Assembly: GCA_031556215.1 (NCBI GenBank)
Contig: JAVBTJ010000056.1
Coordinates: 1 to 60,897 of the forward strand
DNA from: Oxalobacter sp.
GTDB taxonomy: Bacteria > Pseudomonadota > Gammaproteobacteria > Burkholderiales > Burkholderiaceae_D
Direction of reading: 5' to 3'
Length of the DNA stretch: 60,897 nt
The position numbers and the translations under genes were made by a program. Position 1 is the first letter of the stretch, and every line of letters starts with the position of its first letter. Shown here in pieces: positions 53,893 through 60,897 of the stretch. The notes under the pieces are model-generated. The model saw only the letters and a program-made list of their open reading frames with translations. It was not told the origin of the DNA and did not search any database.

Positions 53893-55575
53893 TTATTTGC
53901 CTTTTGCTTTCGACTTGTCCTGTATTATTTCATTCTGGTAGCGCTTGGTTACCCACCATTGCTGCAGGATGGACAGGATGTTGTTGACCACCCAGTAAAG
54001 CACCAGCCCTGACGGGAAGAAAAAGAACGTAATCGAGAAGATGACCGGCATCGTCATCATCAACTTGGCCTGCATCCGGTCCGGCGGCGGCGGGCTCATT
54101 TTCTGCTGGATAAACATGGAAACCGCCATCAGAACCGGCAGGATGTAATACGGGTCTGGCGCAGCCAGGTCAGTAATCCAGCCAAGCCAGGGCGCATTCC
54201 TGATCTCGATACTGGCCAACAGCACCCAGTAAAGCGAAATAAAGACCGGTATCTGGATCACCACCGGCAGGCAGCCACCGACCGGATTGATTTTCTCCGC
54301 CTTGTAATAATCCATCAAGACCTGGTTCTGGCGCGGCTTGTCGTCCGCGTAACGATCCTTCAGTTCCATGATCTTCGGCATATGCTGCTTCATCCGCGCC
54401 ATGCTCCGGTAGCTGGCGGCAGAAAGCGGGACAAAGGCAATTTTGATAAGAACCGTCAACAGGATAATCGTCCAGCCCCAGTTACCCAGTTCCTTGTGAA
54501 TCTGTACCATCAGCCAGAAAATCGGCTTGGCCACAATCGTCAGGAAACCATAATCCTTGACCAGTTCCAGCCCGGGCGCGGTTTTTTCCAGAAGGGCCGA
54601 CTCCTGCGGCCCGGCATAAAGGCGCGACTCCGTTGTCATCGTCTTGTGGGACTCCACTGTCCCGACCGGCACCACTTCGCCAAAGGCAAAAAGGTGGGCA
54701 TCAATTTTCCGGGCAAAGTTTTCGCGCTGCGTCTCCTCCTTGGGAATGAAGGCGGAAACAAAGTAGTGCTGAACCATGCCGACCCAGCCATTGTCTGCCT
54801 TGGTAACAAAATCGGCCTTGCCTTCCGCAATCTTGTCAAAGTCCAGCTTCTGGAACTTGCTTTGCTCCGAGTAAACCGCCGGGCCGGTAAAGGTGCTGAT
54901 CCAGCGTGATTGCCCTTCCGGCTTGCTGTCGTCGCGAACCAGCTGGAGATAAACCGAAGGATTGATCGGCTCCTTGCCCAGGTTGGTCACCTCATGCCGG
55001 ATGTCGACCGTATAGTCATTGCGGTGGAAGGTATACGTCTTGGTCAGGCGAACGCCCCCCTGCTCGGCATCCATCACCAGCCGGAGTTCATTGGCGTCAC
55101 CCAGCGTCCGGCTGCCGGGACGGACGGTATACACCGTGGTATGGTTCGGGTAGGCGCCTCCCGTTAATCCCGTCTGGGCAAGATAAGTCAGGTGCTCGTT
55201 TTTCTGGAAAAGCGCCATGTGCTTTTCCGGATCGACATTGTCACGGTGTTTTAAAAGCTCAAGGTGGTCAAAAACACCCCCTGCCGTACTGATCCGGGCA
55301 ACCAGCACATCCGTTGTAATCGTAATGGTTTCTGCCGGTTTGGCTGGCTTGGCCAGTTTTTCCTCAACCGGTTTCTGCGCTGGTTCATCTATAACCGGAA
55401 TAGCCGCCGTCTGGACAGGCACCTCCGGCAGCCCCTGTTTGGCGCTTTGGGTCTGCTCGGCGCTTTTTCTGAAGAAAAGGGATGTCCCTCCCCTGTAAAC
55501 CTGCCAGTTGTCCCAGAGCATAAACAGCGCTATTGCCAGAATAAGCCATAATGTCGTGCGTTTTTTGGTATCCAT
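53893..55575 (-). CDS. yidC: Membrane protein insertase YidC
   Basis: DYG, GNWGWTIILLT, NPVGGCLP, WITDL and GLVLYWVVNN. Confidence 0.97.
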   Translation of the reverse strand: MDTKKRTTLWLILAIALFMLWDNWQVYRGGTSLFFRKSAEQTQSAKQGLPEVPVQTAAIPVIDEPAQKPVEEKLAKPAKPAETITITTDVLVARISTAGGVFDHLELLKHRDNVDPEKHMALFQKNEHLTYLAQTGLTGGAYPNHTTVYTVRPGSRTLGDANELRLVMDAEQGGVRLTKTYTFHRNDYTVDIRHEVTNLGKEPINPSVYLQLVRDDSKPEGQSRWISTFTGPAVYSEQSKFQKLDFDKIAEGKADFVTKADNGWVGMVQHYFVSAFIPKEETQRENFARKIDAHLFAFGEVVPVGTVESHKTMTTESRLYAGPQESALLEKTAPGLELVKDYGFLTIVAKPIFWLMVQIHKELGNWGWTIILLTVLIKIAFVPLSAASYRSMARMKQHMPKIMELKDRYADDKPRQNQVLMDYYKAEKINPVGGCLPVVIQIPVFISLYWVLLASIEIRNAPWLGWITDLAAPDPYYILPVLMAVSMFIQQKMSPPPPDRMQAKLMMTMPVIFSITFFFFPSGLVLYWVVNNILSILQQWWVTKRYQNEIIQDKSKAKGK

Positions 55576-55581
55576 AAATCT

Positions 55582-55848
55582 CTAGTTCTGATGTTTACAC
55601 CGAGACGAAACTGATTCGCTCTTTTTTGGCGGGACAGGGTCAAATCCACCTGCATGCCACGGGTGGCATTTGCACAAACGGCAAAGTGCTAAAAACAGCC
55701 CCTTTATACAGCCATGCGTCGAAATGGCTTCCATTGCATATTGGGAACATGTTGGGTAAAAACGACAATTTTGCCCTAAAAAGGGGCTAATGCACAATTG
55801 ATATATGCGCAGAAGAAAAAGCAAAACCCGTTGCAATGGTGATTTCAT
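55582..55848 (-). CDS. yidD: Membrane protein insertion efficiency factor YidD
   Basis: [10 protein letters not shown] and [13 protein letters not shown]. Confidence 0.95.
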   Translation of the reverse strand: MKSPLQRVLLFLLRIYQLCISPFLGQNCRFYPTCSQYAMEAISTHGCIKGLFLALCRLCKCHPWHAGGFDPVPPKKSESVSSRCKHQN

Positions 55849-56237
55849 CCGCTTTTCCGGTCTTTTGTCCGCATGGCAAATAACTGCTCCAGCTCTTCTT
55901 TTACCTGCCGCCTGAGGCTTTTCCCCGTCGCCCGCTCGCTGCGGGCAACCAGCGGGGCGGAAAGCCGCACAATACAGTCCAGTGCGCCAAGCTCCCTTTT
56001 CCTGAACACCTCCCGGCAGACCCGTTTAATGGTATTACGGGTTACCGCCCGCCTGGCCAGGCGCTTTGCCACGACCACACCCAGGCGGGCATGGGGCAAA
56101 TCGCTCTTTCGGGCATACAGGGTAAAATGCGCCGTCCTGTTTTTTGGCCTCAAACGAAAAACGGATGAAAAATCATCCGTTTTAACGATGCGCCTTTCGC
56201 GTGAAAAATGATCGCTCACACGACAAGCAATTGGCAC
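55845..56237 (-). CDS. rnpA: Ribonuclease P protein component
   Basis: RLGVVVAKR and AVTRNTIKR. Start uncertain (GTG 56237 or 56219). Confidence 0.92.
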   Translation of the reverse strand: MPIACRVSDHFSRERRIVKTDDFSSVFRLRPKNRTAHFTLYARKSDLPHARLGVVVAKRLARRAVTRNTIKRVCREVFRKRELGALDCIVRLSAPLVARSERATGKSLRRQVKEELEQLFAMRTKDRKSG

Positions 56238-56245
56238 CGTCAGAC

Positions 56246-56380
56246 TTATACTGTCAGACGTTTACGGCCTTTTGCGCGACGTGCATTGAGCACAGCGCGG
56301 CCACTTCTCGTTGCCATACGGGCACGGAAACCGTGGGTACGCTTGCGGCGTACAACTGAAGGTTGATAGGTACGTTTCAT
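56246..56380 (-). CDS. rpmH: 50S ribosomal protein L34 (not in the ORF track)
   Basis: Manual translation: [44 protein letters not shown]. Confidence 0.98.
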   Translation of the reverse strand: MKRTYQPSVVRRKRTHGFRARMATRSGRAVLNARRAKGRKRLTV

Positions 56381-56581
56381 GATGGTCTCGCTAGTCAGCA
56401 ATAATAAACAGGTAACTCTGTTGCTTCGTCAAATTGACACCGGCTGCCAGCATAACCACACCAGCCATAAAAAAGGCATCACTTTACGTGCAAAGAACCC
56501 GTGATTAGACCGTAGTTTTGCCCTGTCTGTCAATACTATGGCGCATTTTAGCAAAGAAACCGCCCAAAAATCATCCTGACC

Positions 56582-56590
56582 TGTGGATAA
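56582..56590. promoter_or_regulatory. DnaA box in the rpmH-dnaA intergenic region (likely autoregulatory)
   Basis: A single perfect TGTGGATAA. Confidence 0.8.
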
Positions 56591-56721
56591 CTTCCCCGTT
56601 TCAGAGTAAAATAACCCGATTCAATTAATAAAAACGCCTGTTTTATTTGTGACATCCAATGTCGCCAGTAAACAGGCGATGGAAATACTGCCCCCAAGCG
56701 GCAAGGGTTTATTTTTCACCA

Positions 56722-58089
56722 ATGGAAAACTTCTGGCAAAACTGTCTGAATCAACTGGAGCTGGAGCTGACTCCGCAACAGTACAACGCGTGGATAAAGC
56801 CATTGACGCTGCTCGGCTATGAGAACCATGTTTTAAGCATTGCCGCGCCCAACCGCTTTAAGCTGGACTGGGCAAAAAACCAGTTTTCAGACCGCCTGGC
56901 GGCACTGGCCTCCGAATACTGGCAAACACCAGTCGAAGTCCGGTTTTCGATTGTTTCCAAACCGGCCAAATCCGCCCTGCCTTCGCCGCAGCACCTTTCC
57001 GATGCGCCGCCAAGTCGCCCGGCACCTGACGTTCGGCAGCCCTCTCCGGTGGTGGAATCCTCGCGGGATGAAAGCGGCATCAACCGGGAAATGACCTTTG
57101 ACAGCTTTGTTACCGGTAAAGCCAACCAGCTGGCCAGGGCTGCGGCCATCCAGGTTGCCAATAATCCGGGGGTTTCCTATAACCCGCTTTATCTGTTTGG
57201 CGGTGTCGGTCTCGGCAAAACGCACTTGATCCATGCCATCGGCAACCAGGTCATGCAGGACAAGCCGGGCGCCCGTATCCGTTATATCCATGCAGAACAG
57301 TACGTCCGTGATGTGGTGACCGCATACCAGCGAAAAGGGTTTGATGAGCTCAAACGCTATTACCATTCGCTGGATGTCCTGCTGATTGACGATATCCAGT
57401 TTTTCGTTGGAAAGCCCAGAACCCAGGAAGAGTTTTTCTATGCGTTTGAGGCGCTGATCGCGGCGAGAAAGCAGATTATCCTTACCAGTGAAACCTACCC
57501 GAAGGAAATTGCCGGCCTGGAAGCCCGCCTGACCTCGCGCTTTGATGCCGGACTGACCGTTGCCATCGAACCGCCGGAACTGGAAATGCGGGTTGCCATC
57601 CTGCTGAAAAAAGCCGGGATGGAAGGCGTGCAGCTTACGGATGACGTGGCCTTTTTTGTTGCCAAGCATCTTCGTTCCAATGTGCGCGAACTGGAAGGCG
57701 CCCTGCGGAAAATACTGGCATACTCCCGTTTCCACGGCCAGGGCATTACCATCGATCTGACAAAAGAAGCCTTGAAAGACCTGCTGTCTGTGCAAAACCG
57801 CCAGATTTCGGTTGAGAATATCCAGAAAACCGTTGCGGATTTCTTTCATATCAAGGTTGCGGACATGTATTCCCGTCGCCGCCCGGCTAATATTGCCCGC
57901 CCCCGTCAGATCGCCATGTACCTGACAAAAGAACTGACCCAGAAAAGCCTGCCTGAAATCGGCGAACTCTTTGGCGGACGCGACCACACCACGGTATTGC
58001 ACGCCGTCAGGAAAATCGCGCAGGATCGGATAAAAAACCCGGAATGCAATCGCGAACTGCACGTTTTGGAGCAAACGCTGAAGGGCTGA
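56722..58089 (+). CDS. dnaA: Chromosomal replication initiator DnaA
   Basis: [34 protein letters not shown] and [12 protein letters not shown]; start at ATG 56722. Confidence 0.99.
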   Translation: MENFWQNCLNQLELELTPQQYNAWIKPLTLLGYENHVLSIAAPNRFKLDWAKNQFSDRLAALASEYWQTPVEVRFSIVSKPAKSALPSPQHLSDAPPSRPAPDVRQPSPVVESSRDESGINREMTFDSFVTGKANQLARAAAIQVANNPGVSYNPLYLFGGVGLGKTHLIHAIGNQVMQDKPGARIRYIHAEQYVRDVVTAYQRKGFDELKRYYHSLDVLLIDDIQFFVGKPRTQEEFFYAFEALIAARKQIILTSETYPKEIAGLEARLTSRFDAGLTVAIEPPELEMRVAILLKKAGMEGVQLTDDVAFFVAKHLRSNVRELEGALRKILAYSRFHGQGITIDLTKEALKDLLSVQNRQISVENIQKTVADFFHIKVADMYSRRRPANIARPRQIAMYLTKELTQKSLPEIGELFGGRDHTTVLHAVRKIAQDRIKNPECNRELHVLEQTLKG

Positions 58090-58141
58090 CGGATTAAACC
58101 ATTTATATTCAACCAGATATTCATTTTTCAAGGACTGAAAC

Positions 58142-59248
58142 ATGCAACTTGTAAAAACCGGCAGAGACAATCTCCTTCGCCCCCTGCAAATGGTCAGCGG
58201 CATTGTTGAGCGCAGACACACCCTGCCAATCCTTGCCAATATCCTGATCAAAAAAGACGGTAACGCGGTTTCTTTCCTGTCGACGGACACGGAAGTCCAG
58301 ATTATGACGAGCGCCGATGTCGGCGCCGGGGACGAAACAGCGGCAACCACTGTCGCGGCCCGAAAACTGGTTGATATCCTGCGCGCCCTGCCGGATTCGG
58401 CAGATGTTTCCCTGACCCTCGTCGACAAGCGCCTGACTGTCCAGTCCGGCAAATCCCGCTTTTCGCTGCAAACCCTGCCAGCCGATGATTTTCCGACGGT
58501 TGCGGAAGTCTCGGAATATGAAACCCGCATCGCGCTTTCCCAGAAAACGCTGAAAGCGCTTTTGGGCATGGTGCATTTCGCGATGGCACAGCAAGATATC
58601 CGTTACTACCTGAACGGCCTCTTGCTGATTGCCGATGGCAAGGCCCTCTCTGCCGTCGCAACAGACGGGCACCGCCTGGCCTACAGCCAGATTGAAACCG
58701 GTGAAACCTATGAGCGCAACGACGTCATCGTCCCGCGTAAAACGGTCCTTGAACTGCAACGTCTTCTCGATGACTCGGATGAGCCGGTTCGCATCGACAT
58801 CGGCGCCGGGCAGGTCAAGTTTTCTTTCAGTGGCATTGAACTCATCTCCAAGCTGGTTGAGGGCAAATTTCCGGATTACACCCGCGTGATCCCCAAAGGC
58901 TACAAAAACCGCTTCCCTGTCTCGCGTGATCAATTACAGCGTTCCCTGCAGCGGGCCGCCATCATGACGAGCGACAAGTTCAAGGGCATTCGCTGCATTG
59001 TTGATGCCGGCAGCCTCAAAATCAGTTCGACCAATACGGAACAGGAAGAGGCGATTGAAGAGCTTGAAATCGACTATACCGGCGACAGCATTGATATCGG
59101 TTTTAATGTGACCTATCTGCTGGATGTGCTTGGCAACCAGAAAAGCGATGAAATCGTGGTTGAACTGGGTGACGCCAATTCATCCGCACTCATTACCCTG
59201 CCGGATCATCCCGATTTCAGGTATGTCGTCATGCCGATGCGCATTTAA
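58142..59248 (+). CDS. dnaN: DNA polymerase III beta sliding clamp
   Basis: TLPILAN, RYYLNG, ATDGHRL, GKFPDY and VVMPMRI. Confidence 0.98.
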   Translation: MQLVKTGRDNLLRPLQMVSGIVERRHTLPILANILIKKDGNAVSFLSTDTEVQIMTSADVGAGDETAATTVAARKLVDILRALPDSADVSLTLVDKRLTVQSGKSRFSLQTLPADDFPTVAEVSEYETRIALSQKTLKALLGMVHFAMAQQDIRYYLNGLLLIADGKALSAVATDGHRLAYSQIETGETYERNDVIVPRKTVLELQRLLDDSDEPVRIDIGAGQVKFSFSGIELISKLVEGKFPDYTRVIPKGYKNRFPVSRDQLQRSLQRAAIMTSDKFKGIRCIVDAGSLKISSTNTEQEEAIEELEIDYTGDSIDIGFNVTYLLDVLGNQKSDEIVVELGDANSSALITLPDHPDFRYVVMPMRI

Positions 59249-59312
59249 TGTCTGAATGCTTTCCGGTGCGGATGCATTTATCGTTTTTTCGTGCATCCGT
59301 ATCGTTTATTGA

Positions 59313-60897
<1,585 letters not shown>

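Noticed and set aside
56193-56208. Degenerate parS-like sequence (TTTCGCGTGAAA) inside rnpA
   Set aside because: Several mismatches to the 16-bp consensus and it lies in coding sequence; likely chance.
56381-56721. oriC at the rpmH-dnaA intergenic region
   Set aside because: Only one perfect DnaA box and no extended DUE-box array; the mnmG-proximal region fits much better.
56887-58569. 560-aa minus-strand ORF across dnaA-dnaN
   Set aside because: Antisense to two essential genes with no domain signal; shadow ORF.

Overview
A 60.9 kb chromosomal window around the replication origin of a betaproteobacterium. Protein style and gene content suggest Oxalobacteraceae, probably an Oxalobacter-like organism; this is inference, not a database result. 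Most of it is housekeeping: the end of the atp operon, argB, thrB, polA, xseB-ispA-dxs-folE2, pyrC, malic enzyme, mnmG-rsmG-parA-parB, glyA, metH, trpGDC, coaE-zapD-yacG, slmA, rpmH-rnpA-yidD-yidC and dnaA-dnaN-gyrB. An E. coli-like oriC with a perfect parS lies upstream of mnmG, about 37 kb from dnaA. A more variable stretch (about 26.8-41.4 kb, ending at tRNA-Thr(CGT)) holds the best leads. (1) An orphan cheZ-cheA pair: CheA has no recognisable P2 domain but carries two WxGx[D/E]RR motifs resembling c-di-GMP-binding arginine motifs, and CheZ has three N-terminal 'LEALFD' repeats. (2) A Cys-rich hybrid kinase coupled to an HD-GYP response regulator. (3) An APC permease paired with a signal-peptide-bearing SAM methyltransferase. 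(4) A 95-aa mgtA N-terminal fragment. I also noted an unannotated Trp-containing leader ORF in front of a trpE-less trpGDC cluster and a possible SAH-riboswitch remnant before metH. I saw no integrase, transposase, CRISPR array or rRNA. All assignments come from motif recognition by eye; no searches were run.
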